Origin: Lytechinus pictus
Lineage: Eukaryota
Direction of reading: 5' to 3'
Length of the DNA stretch: 64,000 nucleotides
Assembly: GCF_037042905.1 (NCBI RefSeq)
Contig: NC_087250.1
Location: 9,736,001 to 9,800,000 of the forward strand
Position 1 is the stretch's first letter. Every line of letters starts with the position of its first letter. Below are positions 1-11,500 of this stretch, one piece after another. The notes beneath the pieces were generated by a model. That model had not been told where the DNA came from. It worked only from the letters and a program-made list of their open reading frames with translations, and made no database searches. Position numbers and translations under genes: made by a program.

Positions 1-864
1 GAAAGTAGAAAATCACCGTTTGGATCCGTCCCCGTCGATGGAAGTTGAGTCTGTAATAAGCAGCCGAAGCGATGGCATATTTTATTGTTGGCTTCAACGA
101 TCTCAAACAGACTATACTTAAATAACAACGTGTCTTCCATCACAACACCTCGTACGTATTCAATAAATGAATAATATTTTGACAACTGTAACTGTTTATG
201 TTGATTCATATATTCCATAAATATTGGAAGATAAAAAAATTTGCCTAAAATAACATCAAACTTTTTCTTTTTAATGATCAAACATAACAATGGTTTATAG
301 TATTTTTACAGTCCATATCAATAAACATTTTTGAAGAACTGTAATATTACATTTCTAATGCTATGGTTACAGCACGTTGTTCGTGTCTTTGCACGAACTT
401 ATCTCACAACCTAAACTAATTAATGTTTATGATAATCAATAATTGTGAAAAATATATATTATAGATTCACGTATTGGCTCCATACAGTCAGAACAATAAA
501 CAGCCCAAAGTTAATTTTTTTTTTTTGCTTTGCCTTTTTTTGCCTCTGAATATGATTGATCTGATCATAACAAATTTGAGTAACTTTGAATAAACATTTG
601 TTTGGAAAAAAAAGCATTTACTTTCGGATTTATTTTTTTCACTACATATATGCAGTATATATATATATATATGACCTAGATGGTGCAAACTGAAATATTG
701 TTTTCTGTGGATCATTGTAATGCCGGGAGTGGCAGAATGGTGCAGGATTAAACTCTGAACATGGTATTTTCATGAATCAGAAGAGTGAATGGAGACATTT
801 AGTCTAGTCTTACTTTCACTGTGATAAAAAACAATTTTTATGTTTTACATGTTATCACAGTTAT

Positions 865-1036
865 ATTGTGCTGCACTCAACTCAGGTGAGGTGAATGGGT
901 ACCTGGTAGGAATATATTCCTTGAAATGCCGAGCGCGTAAAATCTGCTTGAGCTACAGCCAGGGTAATAATATCCTAGTCCTTTGAAAGCATAAAGACGT
1001 TATTCATAATGTGCTATGCGCCATACAAGAACTGAC

Positions 1037-1085
<49 letters not shown>
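865..1085 (+). mobile_element. SINE core and tail with (TTA)n(TA)n; the (TA)n is expanded in copy C (~38730-38788)
   Basis: gtgctgcactcaac.caggtgaggtgaatgggtacc core; tail matches that of the 59278-59583 SINE. Confidence 0.75.
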
Positions 1086-1088
<3 letters not shown>

Positions 1089-1195
1089 CCACTCCTGCAC
1101 TACCATTCACACATGCATGCACAGCATTATGATTGATCTGATCTTTAAACAAATGAGTAACTTTGAATAAATATTTGTTTCGAAAAAAACATTAA

Positions 1196-1779
1196 AGGAC
1201 AAGTCCACTCCAACAAAAAGTTGATTTGAATAAAAAGAGAAAAATTCAACAAACAAAACATTGAAAATAGCATCATAATCGGATGTAAAATAAGAAAGTT
1301 ATTACATTTTAAAGTTTCGTTTAATTTTACAAAACAGTTATATGCTCATACTGGTCAGTATGCAAATGAGGAGACTGATGACGTCATCCACTCACTATTT
1401 CTTTTGTATTTTATTATATGAAATATGAAATATTCTAATTTTCTCCTCATTGCCAAGTGAAACAACGATTAACTCCTCCCTGAACATGTGGAGTTAGCAT
1501 TGTTTAACACTATATGGTTCAGTCAAGTTGGTCCTTGATATTATATATTGTAAATATTGTATAATTCAAACATAAAAAACAAAAGAAATAGTGAGTGATG
1601 AACATCATCGACTGACTCACCTAGTTGTGCATATCACTGTTTTGTGAAAAATAAGCGAAACTTTAAAATGTCATAACTTTCTTATTTTACATCCGATTAT
1701 GATGAAATTTTCAGTGTTGTGCTAGTTTTATTTTTCTCTATTTATTCAAATCAACATTTTTTGGGGGTGGACTTGACCT
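1196..1779. mobile_element. Non-autonomous TIR element with TTAA TSD (Kolobok-like); copies 19915-20508, 38900-39493
   Basis: ttaa|aggacaagtccac...gtggacttgacct|ttaa; long imperfect TIRs. Confidence 0.85.
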
Positions 1780-2224
1780 TTAACTTAGGAATTAGATGGA
1801 CAACTACACCTGGGTTTCCTTATTCATATAGTGCAGTGGGTTCTTAATGTGCAAAGGTGGTGACTTTCCTCGAGACAGGACCTCAAATTAACGCCCTATC
1901 CGAGAGACGGTTTTCTTCGACTGTAACATAGCCAGCATCGATAGAACAGAAATGAAACGTATATTATTCAATCATGTATATTTTTGTTGTTTTTATATTT
2001 TTTGGTGAATTATGTTTTAAGGGGCTTGTTGAAAAATAGCCTGACGGTCAAGAGCTTTTTTACACCATATTGAAATTAACAAACAAACAAATAAACAGAA
2101 CTGGAGCTTTTTTTTTTCCTTGTGCTGATATATCCCTAGACACCTATAACAAACTTAGCACCTAAAAACACTCATAACATGCGTAACTGTAGGAACCGGT
2201 TTGTGCAACATCACCCAATAACAG

Positions 2225-2270
2225 GTAGGGGAGACCGGTGACAATTGTAACATGTGGCAAATGTAACAGA
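2225..2270 (+). mobile_element. Possible left terminus of a pogo/Tc1-like DNA transposon remnant
   Basis: gtaggggagaccgg followed by two tgtaaca direct repeats; no matching right TIR found. Confidence 0.35.
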
Positions 2271-3719
2271 GGCTCTCACTAGTCCGGCAGCCCAGGAGAT
2301 TTATTCAACCGGAAGCCGGACAAGCAAATGACCCCATAGCTGGATGGCATGGACCCTGAAATTTACAAAAATGCATTGCTGCCGGGTTTTATCCGTGGTC
2401 TTCCCGCCTAAATGATCTATAACGTCACTACAAAATGGCCCTATTTCACCATTTTTTTTGACATTCTACACATCGCATGAAGTCAAGGTGGAATAGCTCA
2501 GCCAAACCATACTTGTTTTGTATGAAACTTACAAAATATATTGTTCAAGTATTCAAAAGAGACATGCAAAATTTCACGAACAGGAATTATTGTTTACATA
2601 TGCAAATTACGTCATGAAATTTGCATATCATTAATTTTTGAGATTTTTTGCATCAAAAATTGTCGAAAATCGATTTAGAAATTTATTTTCTTTTTTAGTG
2701 TACTTTTTTTGATATATTTCCTGTCAAGCATAATATCGTTCTCTTTATCTATATCTATACTTTTAGAAAATATATGTCAGTAATTGGAAAAGGCATTATA
2801 GACTGTGATTTCAACCCCCTTTTCAATATGGTGCGTATATAGAAATCGTGCGTTTTTGGGCCTATTTTCACCATTTAGCTGAGGTGTGCGAACGATATGC
2901 CCACTTTATCGATGTTTCCTGCATTTTGCATGATATTAAATCTTCGAAACAACATATTTTCATCTTAATTATGTCTCTGCTGATAAATAAATGATTTCAG
3001 CAAAGATTGATTGCCCACTGGGCAGTCTATAGGTTACGTTTTCAGCCTAGTTTTCGACGACGAACCTATACCATGTATGACTGCATTATTGTAGTCGAGT
3101 CGGAAATGGGAGTTCCTGTGCACCATCAAAATATACTTTTAAATCAACGTTTTTGTATTGCCTGAAGTGTCTAGTTAATGAATCTTGATGTTTTCTTTGC
3201 AAAATCGTGTCCCACTGGGTTCAAATTGATATTTCTGGCGGCCCTTTTGGATTTTTTTCAATGAAAATTCATTATTTTCATATTTTTGTGCAGAGAGTGT
3301 GACAATAGGACAATCTCACATGAATACGCATTTTACTATGATTCGGATAGTAGAAATCGGTTGAAATCGTTTTCTGGACAGACCTGCTAATATATTTTGA
3401 AATAAATCAAAATATACCCCGAAATTGTCATGCTTTTGGTCCAAAATTTGCATGTGCATTGATATCTATCTGCTCAGTCATTAACATCAACAACTATTGC
3501 AAAATATCAGCATTCGACACGAAAGAGGATATATTATACCAAGAATACTGAAACGCTTCGTGACAGTATAAATGAATGTCTTAATTTGCTTAGTTAAAGG
3601 GAAAATACCATGTATTACTCGTTATTGCGATAAAATGACACAAAAAAGCAACCTCTGTGTCATAGGCACACATGCAAGAGCCCGAGGAAGGTCCCCTTTC
3701 CCTATCAGTAGCTTGTCTA

Positions 3720-4447
3720 AAAAATGTGATTTTTTGAGCCCCCAATGTGACAAGATGGTGGTTCCTTTATGTAGAAAAACAACTCTTATTTTATTGAAAT
3801 CACTTGGAGACAAAACAGTAGGCTCTTCTCTATCAGCTACATTATAAAGAAGTGAGGGCACAGCAAAGCCTACCCCCCCCCCCTTACGGGACCGCCAAAG
3901 TCCCCCATCCTTTTTTCGTATTTTGCCCATTTCTTGGAAAATTCGCAATTTTTGTAGCCCCCTTGAAGGGAAAAGACGTTTCTGCTTTGCAGTCAAGTCA
4001 CCTTTATTGTTTTTAACCACTTGGAGATAAAAGAATAGACTTTCCTCTATCTGCTACATATAGGGAAGTGCTGACACAGCGAAGCCTAATCCTAAACCCT
4101 CAGGGTGCTGCCGAAGTCACTCACCCTTTTTTTTTGTATTTTACCTATTTATGGGAAAATATGCCATTTTGGAGCCCCCATTGAGGCAAAAAGCTTTTCT
4201 GCTAGGTAAAAATGCCACTTTTATTGTTTAAAACTATATGGAGACAAAAGAATAAAGTTTCCTCTATCTGCTACATATAAAGAAGTGCTGATACAGCAAA
4301 GCCTATCCCCTCTGGGGACTGTCGAAGTTACCCACCCTTTTTTTATATTTTACCTATTTGTGGGAAAATATGCCATTTTTGGAGCCCCCATTGAGACAAA
4401 AAGCGTTTCTGCTATGTAGTAAGGCCACTTTTATTGTTTTTAAACTA
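3720..4447. repeat. Diverged ~210-217-bp tandem repeat; 4 marker motifs in A, 5 in B (~22445-23380) and C (~41431-42366)
   Basis: gagcccc-type motif at ~3737, 3955, 4172, 4382 with recurring tggagacaaaa...ctctatctgctacata. Confidence 0.8.
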
Positions 4448-4452
4448 TATGA

Positions 4453-4660
4453 TGGAGCGTTGTGGCCCAGTGGATAAGTCTTCTGACATTGAAACATTCT
4501 GCTGCACTCGACCCAGGTAAGGTGAATGGGAAACCCGGCAGGATTAATTCCTTGAATGCACGAGCGCTGAAAGGCAGCTCGAGCTAAAGACGGGGTAATA
4601 ATAATAATAACAACGCGCCTCGGAATAGAATATTTCTGGATAGATGGCGATTTATTGCGA
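4453..4660 (+). mobile_element. Internally deleted SINE lacking the B box (copies ~23382, ~42369)
   Basis: tggagcgttgtggcccagtgg...gaaaca joined directly to ttctgctgcactcgacccagg. Confidence 0.75.
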
Positions 4661-6262
4661 TGCCGTTGGGATGAAAGTATATTTCAGGTGGAATTTTCTT
4701 TGAAGAAAAAAAAGTTATATTCGTGCCAAATGTATTCTACTGTCTGTTATTATACTTTCAAACATCGTTTAATAGAAATATATAAATGTCAAATCAATGA
4801 TTTATATTACATTTTCTATCATGATATGTCACTACTGGAAACCTATGTTTGTGTAGAAAAGTAACGAACAAAAATATGAAATGTTGTGTCACGTTTTTAT
4901 TTTTATTTGTCTAAAATATGAAGATGTTTGGGGAAAAATGACACATAAATATTGTTCAACTCCCGATGAAAAAGCAAAGTGATAGAGGGGCATGATATAC
5001 TCATTTGTTTGATATCAAATTCGTCATGATAGCACAAATATTTTATAAGATACAGTAAAATCTTATGATGTTTGGCAAGTGTCAACTTTTCTTTGAGTTT
5101 CTTTGGTGTATGTAAATTTTTGGCCTCATGGCAGCGTGCAAAGCCTTTCATATAAATGTTTTTAAAAAATACTGCTAAACCTCGAAAACAGAAAAAAGGG
5201 TGAAACACTCCATGTAATTTACAAACCAATTCTCCATACGATTACAATCGACAATTGTTCACTGCCAAATATTTGTAAAAACATCACAATTCGAAATAAT
5301 CAATTTACAGTGGTCAGAAAGGATTGTAACATATATATAAAAGGCGTAGAAATGGATAAAACTTCAATAGGCCGCTTTCTGAGAACAACAAGGGGAGCCC
5401 GGGCTTTAAATCTCAAAAGTACATACACTTGATAGAACTTCCCCTACCAAGGCGGGGAAAACCTGTCCAGGGTCCCGATATCTCGCAATACTGCATACAA
5501 ACGTCACCTACTGGCTAGCTCAGTGACTTTGTCAAATTCGAGCAGGCTGGCAAATCACAACCCAGCATTCATTACACCGATATAATAATGGGTGTGACGT
5601 AATTATGAAAAGTGGGCAGCTCTCCGATAAACAAATCACTGATCGGCCACATGGTTTTCGTCAACGAGAAAGCCACAAATGTTGAGGATATAAATCCACA
5701 GGTGAGAGGTAACTCACTGAGGTTCGAGCCATTATCCATATCAAATTTTTTTCGGTATGGCCTAAATAGAGATCTCTCTTGGCTGGACAAAATTATATAT
5801 TTTTTAAAAAATGATTTCAGGAATATTTCATGAGTTAATCAGCAATAATCATCTTACTAGGCTATCAATTTACTTTTAGGTACTTTCATTCTTTCTTGTC
5901 TAGCACACATTTAATTCTCCTCCAAACATGTTGACACTTGATTTCAAGATAGAGTAATATTGGAGTTCATTGTCACCTCATTTTATCCTGAATGAGTCTT
6001 ATATTAAGAGGCCTTTATCGATTACCTTATTCTTTTAATGCATATTCATGAGTCCAGGACGAAGCTGCTGTTTTGATACACCAATTTTCGACAGAGACTT
6101 TATAGGTTGATCTTTGTCACGAATGGGATTCGATAATACATGTTCTATGTTCTTGAAAGAGTTCTTCGTCGCAGCGCAACAACTTGATAATAAGATGGGG
6201 GTATTGTTGATGAGATATTGCTTGAGTATCGTCTGAGGCGGTTTTCCGTCATGCAAAAGATG

Positions 6263-6548
6263 TGGAGCGTCGTGGCCCAGTGGATTAGTCTCCGGACTTT
6301 GAAACAGAGGGTCTTGGGTTCAAATCCCAGCCATGGCGTAATTTCCTTCAGCAAGGAATTCATCCACAGTGTGCTGCACTCGACCAAGGTGAGGTAAATG
6401 GGTACCGGCAGGAAGTAATTCCTCAGAAAGCTGTGTGCACCTGCTTAGCCGGGTAATAATGGTAGCAGGGCCTGCTGGGAGAACAGTTTTCGGAACTGAA
6501 GTGGCTACCCTGGGTAAAAATACCGTTATTATTATTATTATTATTATC
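6263..6548 (+). mobile_element. tRNA-derived SINE (copies start at 25190 and 44177)
   Basis: A box TGGCCCAGTGG, B box GGTTCAAATCC, core aggtgaggtaaatgggtaccggc, (TTA)n tail. Confidence 0.85.
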
Positions 6549-6921
6549 ATACAGATCGAGCTTGTCTTGGTGGATACATATTGTAATCCTACCGAGTCTG
6601 GCCCGAATGCCTCTGGAAAGCAGACAGCAAAAAAAAAAAACCAAGCATTTTATTTCAGAGACTCAAGGATGTAGGGAAGGGCAAGGGCAATATCACAGAA
6701 TATTAACACAGTGACCAAACAAAATCAATTCAATTCTTTATTCCATTTCCATTCAAAACACAATACAAAGAAATATACATCAGATACAATATTAGAGATG
6801 AGCATCCTTACTTCGTATACAAAAAAAATCACAATGTCTTCCCTTTGAAGTAAATAGAAAACAATAATAATGTTTGTAACTAATAATTTATATTGGGATT
6901 TATTCATTGTTTAGTCCATAC

Positions 6922-7083
6922 CAGGGCTCCATAACACAAAGGTTTGAACTCAATCGCTAAATACCAATGACCAATCAAGATCTTCGTTGCACGCGCACTC
7001 TGTTTAAAATACTGACCGGGAACGTTCGGTGCGGTTCTTTCATACATGCAATTCATCGGAAGCCTTTGTGTTACGGAGCCCTG
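6922..7083. mobile_element. MITE
   Basis: cagggctccataacacaaagg ... cctttgtgttacggagccctg. Confidence 0.75.
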
Positions 7084-7981
7084 AACGTATTAATCTTGAC
7101 TCAATGCAATGTCAGAACCTTAATTTGCACCTGCCCCAAATTTAGTGCCGCCCTGTTTCCATGGCAATGTACCGGTGCGTTGTTACGTACACCTGGAATC
7201 CAAGCAACATGGGCATGATGGGGAAGCTACGAACTTAAGCAGAGGTTCAAGGTTCGAGCCCTGCGTTACTGATTAATCGTACGCTTGATTTTTACTATGG
7301 ATTGTACATCGTATTCAATGCAATACTTAATAACATAATAATTATATACAATTGTTATACAATAATGGCTTAGCCGGTATATACATACGCAATGGCGGTC
7401 ATAAAGATACATGATATATAAAATAACCAATGTTACATAGTAATAATGAAAACATATAAAAGTCATTGTTGCTTTTGTCTGTAATCTGATTGCGCCACAC
7501 CAGTCGAGCCAGTGCATACAGGGTGCACCTTGGGGGCGTTTGCCCCCCCCCCCCCTCCAAAAAAAAAACGCTTTCACCACCAAGACAAAAAAGAGATAAA
7601 ATGTAAGGAAATAAAACAGAGATGGGTGAAATGTATGTATACTATCATTTTCTGAATATTAAGTCAAAATCTATCACTAGATTCGATTTTTGTAACAAAA
7701 AATAACAAAAGTTTTGCTCGCTCTCTTCGCTCACTCGCAACATTCTATTGATTTGTTTTCCCGGTACGCCATATCTGGCACCTCAGTTCCTTTGGCTCAT
7801 CAAACCACTGAGTCGAGCTGAGTGATTTGTTGAAAATAACATTATCTCCTTACGTTTTGTGCCATGAATATTTATGAGGCGTACTGACTAAATAAGCCCC
7901 ATGATATCGTAATTTAATATGTCAATCGCGTCGTAACCGAATTGAAGCCATTTTAGTCTTTCCCCGGATGAATAGCATTTC

Positions 7982-8292
7982 GGACTTTTCGCAATTATTA
8001 CGGGGAAACTCTCTACAACGCATCAATCCCTTTGAAATTGCAAGTCAAACAACAATTGAGAGCAGAGAGGCTTTTGTCGAAAGTTGGTGGACCGGGACAG
8101 TATCGAAATATCTCGACTCTGGACAACGACATATGTGCAATCGTTCGCCCGGTGCAAATCGTCGGATGATCTGCTGTACCAGTCCACCCACTTTCGACAA
8201 AAGCTGCTCAGCTCTCCATTGTGATTTTAATTGCATTTCCAAAGGAATCAGTGTGTTGTAGAGAGTTTCCCCGTAGTAAATGCAAGGAGTCC
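7982..8292. mobile_element. Fold-back MITE directly 3' of the lectin stop codon (copies ~26907-27217, ~45894-46204)
   Basis: ggacttttcgca...cggggaaactctctacaac...ttttgtcgaaagt.ggtggac is the inverse of gtccacccactttcgacaaaa...gttgtagagagtttccccg...agtcc; arms ~115 bp. Confidence 0.85.
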
Positions 8293-8295
8293 CTA

Positions 8296-8526
8296 TTAAC
8301 CACATGAAACAGGGACCTTGCAGACAAAGGGATATCTAAAAGAACAGGGTGTGGCTCGCCATCCCGAACGTATTCCCGGGTACATTCTGTAATATGCATC
8401 GGACAAGTCCCGCAGTCCATATCCAGCAAGCCATTTGTTGTAGTTGAACGGTGTACCATCTGTCCAAACAAAGGGACCAGGTAAGCTGGGTCGGTGAAGC
8501 CCGATCCAGTACCCATTATCACCAAT
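8296..8526 (-). CDS. Paralog A C-type lectin exon 2 (terminal coding exon)
   Basis: tttccctacag|[79 protein letters not shown] then TAA TAG; this frame is not in the ORF track. Confidence 0.92.
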   Translation of the reverse strand: MGDNGYWIGLHRPSLPGPFVWTDGTPFNYNKWLAGYGLRDLSDAYYRMYPGIRSGWRATPCSFRYPFVCKVPVSCG

Positions 8527-11500
8527 CTGTAGGGAAATGACAGATGAAATACCAAAGTAGGCTTACATTTTTTCGATGAAATCTGGGCCCGTAGCAAAAA
8601 GAGGGTTAGAATGTATAACCACATTTGCTTTGATTTTTATGAAAAGCCTGATGTCTATGAGAGATCGCCCCGGATAGGTCTAATGATTCAAAAGGCTAAA
8701 CAAAACAATTGCTGCATACCACACATTTAAGTTAGGGCCTTTTCACACGTAAATCTTAAATCATCATTGCAATGATGATTGCAATTCGTCTTTAGAATCA
8801 TCGGACCTTTCACACGGAAAATTCGTATCGTAATTAGAATGAAACCTAACTGGAATTCACCTCAGGAATACAATTTGAATTCGTGAATGTGATTAGCGTT
8901 CGTGATTCTAGTTTGGTTCCACACGTGCAAAAAAATCGTCACTATAGCCTTTTTTTTTTTACTGGAATCGTCGTTCAAATCACGATTTTTTTTTTACCGT
9001 GAGAAAGGACGGTTAGTGACCTGAAAATACTCACTAGCTTTCGCAATGTAGTTGTGAAATTCAGTTCCTCTTCACTATGGATAGAAACCAGATCCCCACG
9101 ACATGACTGTCCACTGGTGAAATTACGACAGGTATACATGGCGCTTGTAAAGCTGGATAACTCGTAAAAGTGTTTGTAGCAACTTCTTTCAAAGAGTTTC
9201 CATGATGAATACGGGCAAAGATCTGCAGGTAATGATAATAATAGGCATTTATATGACTGCATCTATCTAGAAATATTCTATTCCGAGGCGCGTTATTATT
9301 ATTATTACCCCGGCTTTAGCTCGAGCTGCCTTTCAGCGCTTATGCATTCAATGAATTAATCCTGCCGGGTACCCATTCACCTCATCTGTGTTGAGTTCAA
9401 AACAATGTGGATAAATTTATTGCTGAAGGCTGGGATTCGAACCCACGACCCTCTGTTTCAAAGTCAGAAGACTTATCCACTGGGCCACAACGCTCCACAA
9501 TGTACAACAACGAAAAGCAGAGATGGTGCCTATTATTAATTAAATAGTTGGAATTCGGAGGGTTTTGAGTGACATGTCTACTATTAAATCATACTGCATA
9601 GCTCATGTAGCTCTGATGCACATCGGGAATGCATTCACCCTTTGTATTCACAATGCAGTGTAACGGCAATCGCAGGTAAAGCCAAAGATACTACAAGGGG
9701 AAGATCGGACACTTCGACGATATTTTGAAACGCTCGATAAATGCTTATGGGGAAGGGCGCCCAACAGCGTTGAGTAAGTAAACCTTCGCATATCTGCACG
9801 CGACTGTGTATAAAACCTATGGGGAAAATTAGAAAGGGGATTTTGGAGGGGTTTGGAGAGGGCTCAAGGGTGGCGCATGGAAATAATTCCACGTTTTATT
9901 ACCAAGAAACCTCTGAAATATATTCATCTCAAATTTAAGGAGAAAAAATTGAATGAAAACAATTCAAAATGTAAAATCGTCTATTCCTTCAGCCCTTCAC
10001 CATATCTCTTTTATGTTTTGTACACAACCATCTCGCGATACGCAAAGGTAAAAAAGGTCTTTACTCAACTCTGTAGGGCGCTCTTCCTGAGCGTTTCATT
10101 ACGCGGTCTATGTACTGTCCGATCTTCCCCTTGTAGTATCTTTGGTATAGCGTTTCGGGGGGTGCTGCATATGGGGAATAATACACGCAGCACCCCCTAG
10201 GAAAACCCCATCACCCCGCTGACACATTCATATGTTCTTGAAAGCATTCTGCGTCGCGGTGCTAAACTCCCTATTTAGAAGCAATAGAGTTTCGTACCGC
10301 GACGCAGAATGTTTTTTTTTTAGAACATAGGAATGTATTGCAAAAAGGTTTTCGTGACAAGGGGTAACAAAGAGGTATTTGCCGAAAATTGGTGAATCAT
10401 AACAAAAGTTTCGTCCGGGACTCTGGACGAACGATATATTTGCAATTTTCGTGTTTTTTAAATATATTTATTTCAATACGGTTAAAAAAATACTTGCTCT
10501 CAGCCGACAAGGCTGTTTCTCAGCAAGTCCGTGCAGTTCAATTTACAAAATTTTCAAAAACAAGTTGAAAAATAAAAACGGGTGTTTTCTACTCGCCGTA
10601 CGGGAAATGGGACCGCAGCGTTAGGACGAAACTGCTGATTTGGTTCACCAATATTCGACAAAGACCTCCCAGCTTTTCATTGTCATTTGACGCCTATTTT
10701 CATATCGGTTTGTGTTATAGGAAAAAGCGATCAGCCGATACAACGTGCAACAATTTACTACGTGGAATTTTAGACCAAGCTTCAGAAAAATTGAGGGGAC
10801 GGAAACAGAACTACTCCATTGATTCATATGTCGGTTTGATAATGAGGGTGATGATGGGGAGGAAATAACATAAAAGATTAAATCCATGCTGCACATATGT
10901 TTCTTATACTCCACTTACTTCAGTTTAATTTGAATCCAAAGTTCAGAATAAAGGACGAATAAGCTTACTTAACATGTTTACCATCACAAGAATAATAGTA
11001 ATAATAATGATATAACATTTATAGGGCGCTTAATACAGATGTTTCTAAGCGTTCAGTTTTCTGCTTTCTTTTGAATTACCGGGGAAAATAAAAAGTGGTC
11101 TTAATGATTTCAAACAATATTTAAAGAAACAAACGAAACGCAACTAAGATACGCACCTCCATAATAATAGACCTACCCACAACTGATATCTAGACATTAA
11201 AAAGGTGGGTCTTTAGCAAGGTCTCAAGGGAGTTGGCATTATGGATACGAGATTGTAATTTATTCCACTGGATTAGAACAAAAACAGAGAAGGCTCGATC
11301 ACCATAACTGGTATTTGTACGTGGTCCTAAAGTTAGCTGCAAGGTTTTTGAAGAGCGAAGTGGTGTGAGTGAGCTAGAAGAGCGGAGAGAGATGAGGTAA
11401 GAGAGATATTCAGGAGCTAGGCCATTGATTATTTTATACGTCAAAAGAAGATCTTTGAAAACGATGCGCTGGTGTATTGGAAGCCAATAAAATGATTTCA

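Noticed and set aside
1..120. Exon of a neighbouring gene cut by the duplication breakpoint (YSLFEIVEANNKICHRFGCLLQ...)
   Set aside because: Open on the minus strand, but no convincing acceptor or recognisable domain; cannot be judged at the window edge
6263..6335. tRNA gene
   Set aside because: The A/B boxes continue into a SINE core and tail, and the sequence recurs as dispersed decayed copies
3572..7583. Short ORFs conserved across the three copies
   Set aside because: Conservation only reflects the recent duplication; many overlap repeats and none shows a recognisable domain
8208..8624. 138-aa ORF-track protein over the last lectin exon (and its copies)
   Set aside because: Wrong frame; the spliced frame with WIGL/WTDG starts at 8526
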